Assembly: GCF_006345805.1 (NCBI RefSeq)
Contig: NC_042998.1
Location: 123,256,001 to 123,320,000, forward strand
Source of the DNA: Octopus sinensis
Taxonomy: Eukaryota
Length of the DNA: 64,000 nt
Direction: 5' to 3'
Of the stretch, positions 36,551 to 52,260 are shown piece by piece (positions within the stretch are counted from its first letter, which is position 1; every line of letters begins with the position of its first letter). Position numbers and translations under genes: made by a program. Under the pieces are notes generated by a model. That model saw only the letters and a program-made list of their open reading frames with translations. It was not told where the DNA came from and searched no databases.

Positions 36551-36958
36551 TACCTACCTACTTACCTACCTACCTACCTACCTACCTACCTACCTACCTA
36601 CCTACCTACCTACCTACCTACCTATCTGTCTACCTACCTACCTACCTATCTGTCTACATACCTACCTACTTACCTGCCTACCAGCCTGCCTACCAACCAA
36701 CCTACCTGCTTACATACCTACTTACCTACCTACCTACCTACCTACCTCCCTACCTACCAACATACCTACCTACCTACACACATACCTACCTACCTACCTA
36801 CCTACCTACCTCCCTACCTACCAACCTACTTATCTAACTATCTTACTACCTACCCGTTTTGGCTACGTACGTACGTAACTATCTACCTACCTTCATACCT
36901 ACCTACTTGGCTATCTACTTATCTACATACGTACGTACCCATCTACCTACCTACCTAT
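36551..36958. repeat. (TACC)n degenerate microsatellite
   Basis: Directly visible. Confidence 0.95.
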
Positions 36959-38089
36959 GTATCTCCATTTTGATACAAGTAGGGGAATACACATCATTAG
37001 GGAATTACATTGGAGAATGTGTCACTGTCTGTCTGTCTCAATTCACCAATCTCGCTCTAATCTATTCCCTCACACCTGTCCAATTTTCATCCCATGATTC
37101 AATCCTCTAAACGTAGTGAAATTGTTGATAGAATAGAATGCTTAGCAAAAACGGGAGGTTTTCATTACTCTTAAAGATCACAATTTCTCTAATTAACCCA
37201 CTTCTTTCTGCATTATTAGATCTCCCGTTATAAACAGCCTTTTCAAACACTAATGAGAGATAGCGTGGATTACTCCTATATATTATGGAAAAAGTGTACT
37301 GAAATATACAAGGAAACTGAAGGAAATATATACATAAAAATACCAATCGAAGGGTTTCTTAAATACTTTATATAGTGAGAAATAAATTATATTAATATAA
37401 CTTACATGTGAAGAGAGGGAATTAATGTTAAACTATAATTAAACGGGTTCGATGGAAGGTGGCGGAAATTTTGTAATTTTAATTAGGATTCAAAATTTTT
37501 TTGCATTATTTTATCCTTGAGATATTCTATCAGTAAATCCCTCTTGTAAACACATGATGACTGATACGATTTCTGTTCATCACAGATATCCTATCCCTCT
37601 ATATCGCTACTACCCAGAGCATAAATATAGCATGAAAACCTTTATATTCTAAGTGCATCAATTTTCGCAACTTCACAACAGCTGTGTTAAGTAAACGTGA
37701 TTCTCAGTAGAATAATTATGAAATAAATTCCATTTATAATCCATCCTTTCATATCGATATATATATATAAGTATAAGTTTCTTAGTTTTCTTCTTATTTT
37801 AATATTTAAAGTGTTTCAGTATAATTGATTGTTTTTTCATTTGTATCACTAACTAAATGTTTGTCGAAATATAAAATTCAGATTTCTAAAAGTGAGTTAT
37901 TTATATGGTTTCTGCTTCATGTACATTAGAAAAATTATATATACATATATGAGCATAACCTTGTATACATGTATACTCACATGTGCGAATAAACATAGAT
38001 ATTCAGCTATATATTTATCTATACAACCACATTTAATACATATACTTCTGGATATATGCGAGTGGGGGTGCAGAAATACCTTAGGAATG

Positions 38090-38480
38090 AGTGTGTCTCC
38101 GCTGTGTCGTATCTGCAATAGAGTGGATGCAACCATTGCCCGCATCACAAACGAATGCCCTATACTTGCCCCAAACACTACAAGTTGTGGCGACACGACC
38201 AGGTAGCGAAAGGGCTACATTGGAAACAGTGCGAAACGTGGGGGCTAGAGAGAGACGTGGTATAAGCACAGACCGCAGAGATAAGCTGTGTCGGAGACTA
38301 GAAAAATCCTCTGGGATTTCCCAATACAAACAGATCAGGTGCTAGAGCTTAAAATACCGGACCTAGTGGTGGTGGACAAGGTGCACCACATATGCTATAT
38401 AGTTGGTGTTGCATGCCCTTTTGACCCACGAAAAGTCAAGAAGGAAGACGAAAAGTTAGATAGATACAACACTCAGAAAC
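38090..38480 (+). mobile_element. Relic of an RLE-endonuclease non-LTR element (R4/Dong-like), zinc knuckle plus RLE
   Basis: CRIC...TIARITNECPILAP is a CCHC relic. KILWDFPIQTDQVLE...PDLVVVDK...VACPFD...KEDEKLDRY matches the PD..D..K pattern. Confidence 0.8.
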
Positions 38481-38798
38481 AAAGTGTAGAAGAATACTAC
38501 ATGTAATTACGCAACGTGAGAAAAAGAAAACTTTTTCTCAATTCACAAGGTGGCCACAAAATCCAAATCGGAAACAAGCTATACCGATACACTGACATTA
38601 GATGACGACATAGAAGAAATGGTCAGAGAGACAAAAAATGCTGAAAGTGAGAAAACCAAATTAATATAAAACATGAAAACAGAATTACAAAACATACCAA
38701 AGTAGAAGTAGGAAAAAAATGACTCCATGTCCAATACACTTGAAGGCTTGAGAAAGACGTTTGCATAAGTAAACACCAACAAGGTCTCAAAAACTCTG

Positions 38799-39385
38799 GA
38801 GTAAAAACTGAAACGGAGGGAGTTTCTCATTGCACAAGGCCAATATCTGTCTACGAACAACTATAAAAGCAAAGTAATGAAAACAGGCCCTAACACCAAA
38901 TGCAGAATAGTCAACCAGCACAATTTGACAGTTTCTCATATCAACTCAAACCTTAATATATATACATAAACGATCGACTAAGTAGTTATATTCACGGGAC
39001 AATATACCGACAATGTAACTGACAAAAAATGGTATAAATATGTTCCTAACAATGTACATCTGGGATAGTTTGTTCAAACAGACAAAGAAATAAAAGCATA
39101 TCCCCCAGACATAATAATCATCTGTTTACTGATAGACATTGCTTTACCTTCTGACCAAAATATTGTAAAAAAGGAAGTGGAGAGAATTTCAAAGTTCATA
39201 GACCTCGAAATACAAGTATTGAAGATGTGAGGCATGAAGGTGAAAATAATTCCAGTAATAACTGGTACATTGGACATGATAACAAAATACACATCAACAA
39301 AAACATAGACGCTATACCTGGATCCTCAACACTACATGATCAAAAAATTTAGCCCTGCTAGGGATAGCTCAAATCGTACGCAAGA
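38799..39385 (+). mobile_element. Second RLE-type non-LTR relic (3' end)
   Basis: VKTETEG...KCRI, QTDKEIKA.PPDII, CLLIDIALPSDQNIVKKEVERISKFIDLEI and KIIPVITGTL in broken frames. Confidence 0.78.
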
Positions 39386-39730
39386 CACCATCAATTCAAT
39401 AATACACCCTAAACAAAGCAATCCACAAACACAAGACAACAATATAAGAAATATGCAACAAATATTCAATAAAATAAACTACCACAGAGCAAACCGGTTA
39501 CTCAACGCATTACTCGAACAACACACAATACAATCACAAATACAATAAAATACTGCACCACATGTAAAAAATAAAGAAACTGAGTCAATGAAATACCGGG
39601 AAGAGTTTTCACACTTTCAACAACAAAAAAAAAACACAATGCTGTACACACCTCAGCAACACTGAGGTGTGGCGGGTGATGCAGTAGACATTTGCTGAAA
39701 CTAGTATATGTTGAACAGTGATGATAATAA

Positions 39731-40035
39731 ATGCCCTGGTGCAATACCAGTAAGTCGCTATCATGGCTTCTGATCTCAACTGATTTAAAGTGTTATCACG
39801 TACATGCTTGTTTTGGTTAAAAGATGGGCTATAAGAAATATTCTGCTGAGTACCACAGATTCGCTTGTCAGTTGTTTGACCATAACCGGTTGAGCATAAC
39901 CTTGTTACCTAGCGGTATGAGCATCGCTGATCACTAGCAGGAGTACTGAGGTAGCATCATAGCCATGTGTTGAGAGGAAGTCTTTGGGGTTTAAATAATT
40001 CGCTTCTTTAAACATGGGTGTTTCATTCATCATCT
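39731..40035 (+). repeat. Unclassified interspersed repeat
   Basis: aatgccctggtgcaataccag...tggcttctgatct...taccacagattcgcttgtcagttgtttgacc...catagccatgtgttgagag. I recall this as a cephalopod repeat, but there is only one copy here. Confidence 0.4.
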
Positions 40036-43000
40036 TATGTTAAATTACGATTAGTTTCTTCCAAAACATTGCTCAGAAATAGAAAATATTCATGCTATTT
40101 TTGTAAACAAGTAAACGATTCTTCAATGCGTATCTTTCAAAATTGATCGTTTCTTGTGTAAAATTAATTACAGCTGAAGATTAGCTTATAACTATATTAG
40201 GTTGATTTAAAATATCAGATAAATTGAAAGGTTTTTTTGACACAGATTTTTAAAAGTGAATCTGAGCAATATATTAGATTTTCCTTTGCAAGACATTTGA
40301 ATACACAAAAAACCTAATGCTCATGCACATGATGATTCTTATTATTGTATATCTGAAAAAATATTCTTATGTTTTCTCATTGAATCACTATGAATCACTA
40401 TGAGATGATCTAAAGTTTAATCTTGATCAAAGCTGATAAATGAGTGGGTTTATTGAAGTACTTCAAAATACCTAACCCTTCAAAACAGGCTGGCCTTAAA
40501 AGATTTTATTTCTTAATGTTTATCTAATTCTCAATTATTCTCATTTATATTAGAGAGATCTGATATTTCATTTCTATTAAAGACAAACTTACTTTTTGAA
40601 TGTAGTTTCAGCTTAAACTTTATTTTAATGTATTACCCTATTTCATTATATTGAGCTTTACTGTTTTACGACAATGGACATCATTTCACCCATTAGTCTG
40701 ACTGAGAGCTAAGCCTCATTAAAAGCATTGGTGATGCCTGAATATAGAATTGCTCGTATATTGTGAAGCATTTTGTAAACAATTTCCAAGTGGTAAACCA
40801 ATGATTTGCCAAGTTAAAAAGTAGGGTATTATTCTATGCATGTCTAAAATCATCGGTTATCAAATAATTGGCATTTGATTTTGTCTGTCAATACAGAAAA
40901 CGTATTGAATATTCAATTTTAACGCATATTAGATGCGATATCAATAAAATATATTAGAGGAATCTCACTTTAAAAAAAATCTAACCCGATTCTAAACTAA
41001 TTGAAATTTGAATTTTGTAATTTGAGCCTCGTAATGAATCTACTGCTATATTTTAACATACAGTGATACGTCATATAATCGATTGATTGAATGGCAAGCG
41101 AAATGACTGCTACTTAGTTGCTCAAATAAATGGAAATGTTAGAACAATTCCTGTTAAACCACACTTTTGGGGAGGAGTGGGGTTTTGAATATAACATATT
41201 TAATAATATGCTTCAATGTACTCTAGTTGACAGAAACAACGGGATAGTTAAAGCTGGAATACCTTTGATATGTTTGCACAATCAGGCCTAAATTCAATAA
41301 GAACATCTAATTGAGTTACAAGAACAAAAAAGGGTATGTATATATAATGATGAACGTAATGATATGCACACGATACGCATAATGAAGAAAAATTTATGAA
41401 GCTAAGATTTAAATGTTGTAGCTCTATATATGAGTTGACCTCGAAGTTCCATCAGATATAATCCGAACACGTTACACTGGAGCAGTTTAATACATATACA
41501 ACAATACTTAGAATGATTTTTCACGGCATATATAACGGCGATATATAGACGAATAAGACTATAATCAACTTGTAAAAGCAATTTCGTATATCGCCTGTAT
41601 TTTATGTACAGAGTATTATTTATTGTATTATTGCATTTCCTTTGTTTCCGTGTACCGTTTGAAATAAAGATTAACCTACAGGTAAGTAAAGAGAATAATA
41701 TTTGACTTTATAGTTACTTAAAATTTGTTTCGCGGAAAATGGTTTTTAATAATGTAATTTATGAGCCAGTATTCAAAATCGTTTTCTAGCTTCCACGAAC
41801 GAAACTTTTAAAAATCATGTATATACGAAATTTTGTCATTTTAAAAAATATTATGAGTGTCACAATTTGTTATTTTGCATAATGTTATATTAAGTTTATA
41901 CTAGGTATTTTATTAAAAGAGATGTTCATTCCATAATGTGCGATATAAATTCTATTAAACCAGTAGAACATCTAAAATAATTTTGCTAACGATAAATACG
42001 TTATGGCATCAATTAAAACGACAATAAATGTTGGAATAATTCCATTTACCTACGACTTGTAACAGCGAACATTCGGTTATATATATATATATATAAATAT
42101 ATATATTACTTTTTGTAATATTGATAGTAAGTAAACGGTTACTAAAATTATTGTTTTTCTTAATAGTTTGAATTCTTTCCTTGGAAAATAGAACACCCAC
42201 CGAAGTAGTTCTAATGTTCCATTAACAGCTACTTAAATAAGGAATATATATTGAAAATATTTGTATGAAAATATTTCTAAAATATTTGTATGACATTAGG
42301 ATTCAGATAATATTTTGAAAACATAATTTGTATACCAGATAGAAATTGTTAACATACTGTAATAAGAAGTTTTCAATTTCTCTGCTAGATACGATATCTT
42401 TTCTTATAAGGCTAATTTTCTTTTAATAGGAATGGCATATATTTTGAAGAATAGTGTTTACCGGGCGAAGCGGCCTTGTAAATTCTCAAACGTATTTATT
42501 ATTGCACTCTACACAAGCTGACATGGATTGACATACAGATGTTCTTTCTTTCATATGGTCCAGCCCAAAGACTGTGGCCAACCTAAGACACTGTCAGTAA
42601 AATTTTCGAACGTTGCTCGGGCAAATCGAACCCATATCTTCTGCGAATTTCACATTTGTGCTACCATTATGGCAAAGTCGTCTAGATCTTCTATACGATT
42701 TTGTTATACTTTTATTAATATCACGGTAATAAATTTACAAATGAGTTATATCACGCGGTGTCACAAACCTGTATCTTTGAATTATGAATACAATCAATTC
42801 GACGGGCTTCTCCACAATTTCCTTCTATCCAAATTCACCCACAACACATGGACTTACACGACGTTATATTAGAAGACATGTACCGAAGATATCCCAGAGC
42901 GGAATTAAGCAATCTTCTTAAATAACTTCTTAACCAACATTGTCATGATAAATATATAATTAATATGTATCATTGAATGCATCTATAATTGCATAAATAA

Positions 43001-44422
43001 ATAATACATACATACATACATAGAAACATGCATAATAAATACATATATATGTATGTGTGTGTGTGTGTGTAGCTGTGCATGTGTATGCGGGTATTTTGGG
43101 GCATGTGTAATTATGGAAATTTCTAACACGAAGCTAGAAGTTGAAGAAGACTATATAAAACACATTATCTATGCTTGGCTAATATCTTCAAAATCTCTAT
43201 TCTACATTGAATAGAACTTTTATATTTCATCGTTTCTATGTTTTTTCGGACATATATAGACAGATGCAAAAACTTCACTGTGAAAGATTTGCCAAATTTT
43301 CCAAATATCGTATATATGAATAATAATATAATTTCATTCGAAAAATTTAAAGAAGAAATAAATCAAAAATAGAAGTCTATATGTATAAAACTGAAAATAA
43401 TTATTTTCTCTGAAAGTCAATGAAATGTTTCTTTGTGCTTTCATTGAATGTTTAATAATTCTAAAGTTATCAATCTGAAAGTGAACCGTCCTCTAGCTTT
43501 ATTGAAGTCGCAAACTTCAAAAAGCGAAAACAATATCTGAATGTAAGAGTATTTACTTGCTTCCGATACACTCACTGAATACTTCAGCAACAATGGCAAA
43601 TAATTTATAAAACTGAAAGCCAATACAAGTAGTTTATTTAATGCCTATGTTCAACAAGCACCACGTCATAAAGGGACATTATATTGGAGGTAAAGGGTTA
43701 TAAATTATGCCTGGAAACAAGCAAAATATAGGCAATATCAGCAATAAGCACACACGCACTCTTGCATGCATGCTTGCACGCATGCATTCACGCGCGCGGA
43801 CACACACACGCATACACACATTTGCTTATTTGCTTATTTAATTTGATCATTTACTAATTCCCTATTCATTTTGGAATGGATTTATTTATCTATATAAATT
43901 TCCTTATGATTTTGTTTATTGACAATTACAACGCTATTGGAAATATAGATATTAATAATTTCAGAGTAATGACACTAGGCTTTAGCTGTAATTAGATGAG
44001 GTATGTGTGTGCATGTATGTATGATGGTCAGAAAAAGAGCTTACATAATATATAATAGTACGGTAAGAATGTGAGTACAATATGAATTAAGAATCACGTT
44101 TTCGGGAAGTGAATTTACCGGAGTATTTCCTGCATGTCATACTCGCATCATTAAACAGAAGGTATGACCAACTAATCATTAGTTATGATTGTCGGTTAGA
44201 GTATAGTTAAATATTTTTGCACCGAATGGTCCGGGTAAAATCAGACCGCTTATCATAAGGAGAGCCGGAACGAAATCTGAGATTAGTACACGCCACCCTA
44301 ATACAAAAATCAATTTGGTACAGGCTTTCAGAAGTTTGTAGTAAATTTATGCTTAGTAGTTATTTTGTAGTGTGAGATATGGTGTGTGGTTGTATCACAT
44401 ATACAGATGCATATATGAAAGT

Positions 44423-44472
<50 letters not shown>

Positions 44473-47007
44473 TAACAGTCAGACGGTAAAGAATAAAGAT
44501 AAGTAGGGAATAAGTAAAGTGGGATAAAGCCGAATAGAGGTATTTGGGGACTATGAGATGGACGAGTAAAAGTCATATAACACGAAACTGTAGTTTCCGC
44601 TATTAGATGGTGACTAACACGTTCCTCATCAAGTTTTTGTTGTTATGGAGGGGACGCAAAAATTTGATTCTATATTCGGAAAGATTTACGACTAAAGGAA
44701 ATTTTACAAGAACATCTACTTTTTCGTCAAGCAGAATTCAACTCTCTACTTTTGTTAAAGTACAGGGTTTTCAGTATTTACGTGTAATTTTGTGGTAGTG
44801 TGTGTGTGTGTGTGTATGTGTGTGTGTGTGTCTGTGTCTGTGTGTGTGGTGGGGCACGCGTGTGTGTGCGAGTGTATACATTTGCAACAAGTCAAATTTT
44901 TGTCCATTTAGCAAGATTATGTTTTGTACAAATTAAAAAATAAAATTATTTTCATTCTAAATGCTCCAATATTTTCTTTTCATACTTTTTAATCATCTTT
45001 TTGAAGAGGTAAACATGTTTTAGAATTTGCATATAGAAGTTTTGAAGAAGATCAGAGCTCCAAAAATTTCCATATTTTCATCGGTCAATATCTTAGATTA
45101 GAGGACATTAAAACTGTGGTTAGAGAAATCGTACTTACAGAAACGAAGATAAAATTGCTTTGAAATGTCTTTATAAAATGCACTTTGAAAAATAATTTAG
45201 ATTATCAAAAATGTAAGTTTTCTTTAATGGAAACCTTTTAGACAATCTTTCTTCACATATCATATGACCTCTTCAGCGAGGTCATAGTCCATTCATGAAC
45301 TAAACAGAGCAGGAAGAGACACATGGGATGGAGAGTCGCTGAGGAGCTTACATGATGTATTTGTGACAATAGTTTGAATTTTGATGGTTATCCTTCGATA
45401 TTTCCTATATAGGTTTTTAACCTAATATTTAGAAGCCATTATTTAAAGATTGTTTGCTTCGGGATCCATCGTTCCAAAAAGAATTTATAATGTTTAAATT
45501 AAATGATATGAATTTATGGCACACTTATAAATTGGAAGGTAGTTTAGGTCATTTGTGGTAGATATACCTATAGAAAACGATATGCTATTCTGACGTTGTT
45601 ACGAGAACCTAAATTGCTGTTCTCTGTGAGGATAGCTCAACATGTTCAGAAATCCACAGCCTACTGGATAAGAAAAACATTTTCACACTTCCAACAGAAA
45701 GATTTAGCTTGCCTAAATTAATAAGAATAGAAATCAAAGAAACTGAAATTCTAAGTTGTTTTTGTTCATTTTAGAATTATCGCATTAGTTAAACCAAAGT
45801 ATGTATGTCTTTTCTCTTAAAATAGGAAAAAACCCATAAACATGTAACTATCATAGATTTATTTTAAGAATGCTTGCAGTTGACAGTTGTGCCTCTAAGA
45901 TATGTTGTATGAAACCTTTGATACCCAGGGAAGCATCAGATTGCACATTTCCGATAGGCAAGGCAACTGTGACTTAAAATAGCTTCAGATAGTCGTAATT
46001 AAGAATCAAGATTTGTGTTTAATAAACATACAGAGTATGCTGCCATCGTAAGGGCAATGAGAGATTTCACTTGAGTATGTTTGAACAGATGTTAAGCATG
46101 GAGTATTTGGAGTGAAGCTATTAATTAAGAAATTTGAAAATATTTCCTGTGAAGAGATTCAAATGAAAATGAGGATATAAGTAAAAGTTCATGATGTATC
46201 GCCTAAAATAAAGCTTACAGAGAAAAAAGTGAAAATATTCAAGAGGTCGCCAATTACTGAACTACCATGGTAAACACAACTCCGAGGAGATTCTGGATAT
46301 TTTCAAACATTCATAGTAAAAACGTTGTCTGTACACGCGAGAAAATTTTCTTTCGTTTCTTATGAATATTGTGCAATTTGAATAAAAAATATTCTTTTCA
46401 AAATTATGTAAATCTAACTTTAAAAAATTCCTCGTTGTATATTGGGTAAAATAACTCTTAGACAGAATCATTTGCAGGAATCCATGCACTTATGGATCGG
46501 CTGTAATAATCATTATACCAAAGAGACCCTCATAATGTGTTTTTATTTACCCTTTGAAAAATTTCAAATGAATAATTTACGTCTACTACATGTATTGTAT
46601 ATAATTCTTACCATTTTATATATATATGCGCAGTAGAGCATAGAAATGAAGGGTTTCTAATTTCTTCGTCGGCGAACTATGTACTTGGCACTCCATCGAG
46701 GAAAGACATCAGTTTAATTGCTCATGTAATCGAGAAAGGAACAGAAATTATTTTATCCGTAATGTGTATATTCCTCCTATAGAAAACCTACGGCGGAGAG
46801 CAAATCTCTGCATTCAAATATAATTACGGTTTGGTCGCTCTTGTTACAGAAGCAAAACATCTTACGAAATGTTTCCGAATGACGGACGAAAATAGCATCT
46901 TACTCGGTCGTCAATTACAATTCAAGTCATGTCCCTTGTAATACGTTATTTCACTTCTTCACCCACAGCCATCTCATTAATCATCTGCTTCCGATCCAAT
47001 CCGGTCC

Positions 47008-47037
47008 AACCCAACCCAACCCAACCCAACCCAACCC
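47008..47037. repeat. (CCAAC)n pentanucleotide microsatellite
   Basis: Directly visible. Confidence 0.9.
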
Positions 47038-47190
47038 ATCCCCACAGCATTTTTTAAATACTCGCTGATAATTTGAACTCTGCTCTCACTTACGCATATC
47101 ATGTATGTGTAGGTTTCAAAATATGCATGCGGGTATGTATCTCTCTCTCCTTCTCTTTCTCTCTCTCACTGCACACACACACACAAACAA

Positions 47191-47237
<47 letters not shown>

Positions 47238-48060
47238 ATATAATTGTGTATGTATATGGATATGGATATACGTGTGTGACTGTGTGTATGTCTATAGATT
47301 TTTGCGTAACATAAGTGATGACATATCCTTTATTCTAATATTACTTTATATAAGACAAATTATTGCCTCTGTGTCAATTAAACACCCTTCAGTCACATAT
47401 ATTTTTAATGATTGCTATGACTTTGTTTTATTCCATACAAAATATCCGCATTTCATTATTTCCGATGAGGTGCACTCCCTTCTCTTTGTTTTTCTTATAG
47501 AATTTTCTTTTTATCATACTTAAACATTTATTGAAAAATATTTTTTGTTCCTTTTTCTTCTCCTGACAATAATTTTCTCTTTGACTTGCAATGGTTTTAT
47601 TCAAAAGTTTTGGTGGCTTGTCTAGTCAATAAATTAATCATGTGATAAAAAAGAATTATCGATTGAATTAGCTTGATATATACATTCTTCAATGACCGAT
47701 GTCAGTTTTAAATAATTCCGATGTTAATCAAAATTTCATTAAATCCTTTTTGTTTTCGTTTTCTTTTTCCGTCTTTGTTTCTTTAGAAAAGTTCTGCCAC
47801 GTTTTATTATTTCTCTTTAGTTTATTGTTTGTTTTTTTTTTGCTTTCCTTTAACAGTGTGAAGTAAAAAATAATGGAAATGAAGGACGTTCTTCATTTTC
47901 TTAATTTCACACAACCACTGACATATATGTATATATACCACAACGTACGCATAGAGCCACAAAAGAGACAGACAACAGCGTACACATAATCATGTAGCTT
48001 CTTCTCTATCTGTTTCCCACATATACACACACTTACACACACATGAATACATACAATGAC

Positions 48061-48134
<74 letters not shown>

Positions 48135-49603
48135 ATGTATATATTTATGTGTGTGCGTGTGCGTGCGTGCGAGTCCATGTATGTCTATGTCTATGTATGT
48201 AAGTGTGCGTGTGGTACTACCGATTTGTTGGACAATTTAATTTAATCTTTACTTTTTTCTCTGAAGTAGTTATGGTTAATTGTAAATAAACTTACTTAAA
48301 AAGTAATTTTTCTATTTTTTTATGTAAAAACATTTTGACACACCTTTCCTCTGGTTATTGAATTAATTATTGAAGGAGTGTCTAGTCTTGGCCTTTGCCT
48401 TTGGCTATCTGCTGATTAAAGTCAATAGTCTTGAATAGTTTTTTTATTATCTTAAAATTTGACATTCTTAATGGCTGAGATCGCATTTTTTTCTATGCCT
48501 ATAAAGTTAATTGTTATTACAATTTCTACTCCCATTACAACAAATATTCTTTCTCTGATTGGGATTTTCACTTGTGGAAGAATCCTTTCCATATGCTTGC
48601 CATGCATCAAATGGTTAAGATTGATACAATGTTAAATACTAATAGTGATCTATGCAGCAGAAAACATGATTTTCAAGCAAACAAAAAATCAATCAGCGGC
48701 AATCATTTGGGATTTACTGAAATATAATGAATCTCTATTCGATTTGTATCCTATGTTTCGACTGAAGATTGGTCCAGGCCATGTCTAACTTAATGAAAAA
48801 GATAAAAAAAAAAAGAAAAATGCACATACCAGCAACTTTATTTGGGGAATACATATATTTACATATATAGCTACAAACATTATGATAATAATCTTGCATA
48901 ACACATGTATAATTAACAAAAAAACTGCAACTCACGACTCATATACGGGTAACTAAAAAAAAAAGAAATTAAAAAAAAAAAGAAACATGTTCTAGACCCT
49001 TGATTTTTGGTCAAAATAACAGACAGAAGAGCCTAAAAAAGGAAAGTGGACAGCGCATTCTTTGTACAACTAGAAGATGATTGATAAATAGTTTTGCTTG
49101 TTTGCTGTTGTTTTCGTTTTCTTCTTAAGAAAATACCTTGATATATATACAATGGGAAAAGGGAAAATATACAAAATGGCTAGTATCTATTAGATACTGT
49201 AGTATATGTTAAAATAAATCCATGTTAAACCGTTTCTCTTCTCACATGCGAGAGCGAAAGCAGGGAAAGGGGAATAATGTGGGATCAGCAATAAAATCAG
49301 TGGAATTTTAGATTAGGGAATTAATCTTGAAGCTAGAAAACGTTTCATTAAAACTGAAGAGGAAAATAATTAGAAATGTTATTTTACTTTGGACAATAAA
49401 ATCTTATACGAAAAGAGCGAGCAAGATATATACATATACATGTATAGGCAGATACATACTAACATATATACACATACATACGTGTGCATACATACAAATA
49501 TTTTACACATATAGCTTCATACATACCTATATAGATACTTATATACATATATGTATATACACATGACTATATATACACACACATGCTTATACATACACAT
49601 GCT

Positions 49604-49663
<60 letters not shown>

Positions 49664-49897
49664 TATATATATACACGTGTGCCTGTATACATATATGCAC
49701 ATATACCTATATAATGTTTATACATACATACACATACATGCCCATATACACACATCTAAATACATATATAGATGCTTACATACATACAGACATACAAGTC
49801 CAAACATATACACAATATAAACATGTCTACATACAAATATCTACATACATAAGCGTACATGTATACAAATGTGTATTTCTAACTATACAACTATATA

Positions 49898-49937
<40 letters not shown>

Positions 49938-50943
49938 TACATGTCTATGGGTGTATAAGTATGAGTATGTATACAAATACATACATACACAAATATACAC
50001 AAACATATACATATACACAAGTATACACACACATACTTATACCTAAGTATATAATTAAACAACTACAAATATAAACATATATACATATGCACTTAAATTT
50101 ATTCACAGTTACTTAAATACATATACACATACGCGACCACGCTTAAATGCATATACACTCTTAAAGGCATTCCCACAAACGTGGATATAGAGGCATAAAA
50201 TACACATACAAACAAAAAATAAACTTACAAGCTTATTCATACACATATATACAGGCATTGATATACATCATACATGCACATATTCATATATATATACAAA
50301 CACGCACAAATATATATACACAGAAATATGTACGTATATATATACATATAGATATACAGACATATGCTCACAACATATTTCAAAATTGGAAAATAGCTGG
50401 AAGGATTTTCTTTGTTTTTCAATTGTTTAAAAAATCAAAAACAAAAAACAAACATAGAGAGGAAGAAAAATCCTGATCAAAGAAATAGTGTGTAAAAGAA
50501 ATAAGAGGAAGGTTCACAGACAAGTTAGGGGATACATCACTAACTAGACCTAGACAACCACAATGTGGCTACTAATATCAACGATATAATATGGTGGATG
50601 TTCCAATCATAATTTTTAATTATTAGTTTGGCGTCTAAAAAATGTCTTTAAAAAAGTCACAACTTGAGGGAGATGAGCACATGCTACTGAAAGAGAACAG
50701 TAAACACTAAAGAGAGACTTGAGCACACGTGCAAAAGAACATGGGTGAGAGGGAGATAACACTACACTACATTATGAGAGAGGGAAAAGAGGAGCAGTGA
50801 GAGAGAGAGAGAATATTAAAGGCTAAAGAGAAGGAAAGGGAGATACATTAAATCATGTAGAGATGCGAGAAAATAGGAGAGCAAGCTATATAACAGTCAA
50901 AGATGTAAAAGTAGAAAAATAACCAGTAACATACATACATACA

Positions 50944-51001
<58 letters not shown>

Positions 51002-51699
51002 TATGTATGTATACATTAGGTGTTGCCAATTTGTAATGGTTAATCACTTTCTAATTTCTATGACGTCTAAAACCAATGTCAAGACAATGTGTCTAAGAAC
51101 TGTCTGTTAAAGCTGCTAAGCGCTAATACAAAGCAAGATGGATATGCTTCAAGTAGAACAACCCATTATAAACTTATACTACGATTAAACATTATCGCCT
51201 TAGAATTTCTGTTTTGGAAATCGTGTGGTTATTATACCCAACATCCAAGATGCATAGTAACATCATCTGGTCCATGGTATTTTAGGTAGAGTTCATCCAG
51301 AATATGGATGAAGTATTAGGTACGGGAACATCTTGATCACTTGACACGTCAATTCCCGTGTCACGTCTTTATGTTTAATTCAAGCTATGGAGAAATTTGA
51401 AACACAAACTAATACTTGTAATTTCTTCGTTACCCACCCACAACTAAAGCAATTGAAACCAAAATCGATTTCTATGAGAATTAATCAATCAAGAAATAAC
51501 GTCGCATTGTTTTAACTAACTTTGACATCCCTTTCGAACATCTATGAATCTGCTGCAGTAAAAATATTTTGCCTTTGCGAAGCACACATTTCTCTCCCTT
51601 AATATAATCTCCACCAATAATATCTAGATGATATTCTGTACTTAAATTTGCTCTTAAATATGGCTCAATGCGTACGTAGAAGAATCCATTCTCTTATCG

Positions 51700-52260
51700 T
51701 TCACTCATACCTGCTGAATAACTAGTGGAATTACTTCAAGTTACCCTGACAAAACGTTTCATTTCTTATACATCTACCTTTCACTTTAATGTCCTCTGTC
51801 TACCAATAACTTCCCACACATAAGCCTCCGTAATGCGAAAATCTTATTATCACTTAACAACCACTATATTTATCACACTCCCAGACGACATCAATATTCA
51901 TTATTGTTCGCTATCGCACTCCCAGTGATGTTCTTGCGCTCAAAATCCACAATTGAACACCGCTCCACAGCGCCTCTAATATACAACAAACATTCAATAC
52001 CGCATGCAAAACAAAGCATTAAATGTAAGGTCGAAAGACCATCACGAACGTATTCCAATTTTTGCCATGATATCTCTTTATTCAGCTTTATTATCAGTAT
52101 TACAGAACTACCTAGTTGTAACTTATCTCTATCTAAGTCGACTAGAGCAGCATGTAACCTCTCGTCATAGATTATGTACCACTTTTCCTAGAAACAGACT
52201 ATGTCCAAACTTTTCAACGCCGCACCCCCCCGAATTCCCTTATAACCCACAGGGTCCTAC
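51700..52260 (-). pseudogene. Possible ancient RTE-like RT relic
   Basis: Stop-free frame EKWYIIYDERLHAALVDL...GSAIA, plus a downstream KVKGR...NETF patch. It only loosely resembles RTE RT motifs. Confidence 0.3.

Noticed and set aside
37220-37375. 51-codon frame after an AG (ISRYKQPFQTLMRDSVDY...)
   Set aside because: No recognisable homology or good donor site; compatible with chance.
45263-45286. TATGACCTC-ttcagc-GAGGTCATA hairpin (everted AGGTCA half-sites)
   Set aside because: A single short motif with no gene context; expected occasionally by chance.
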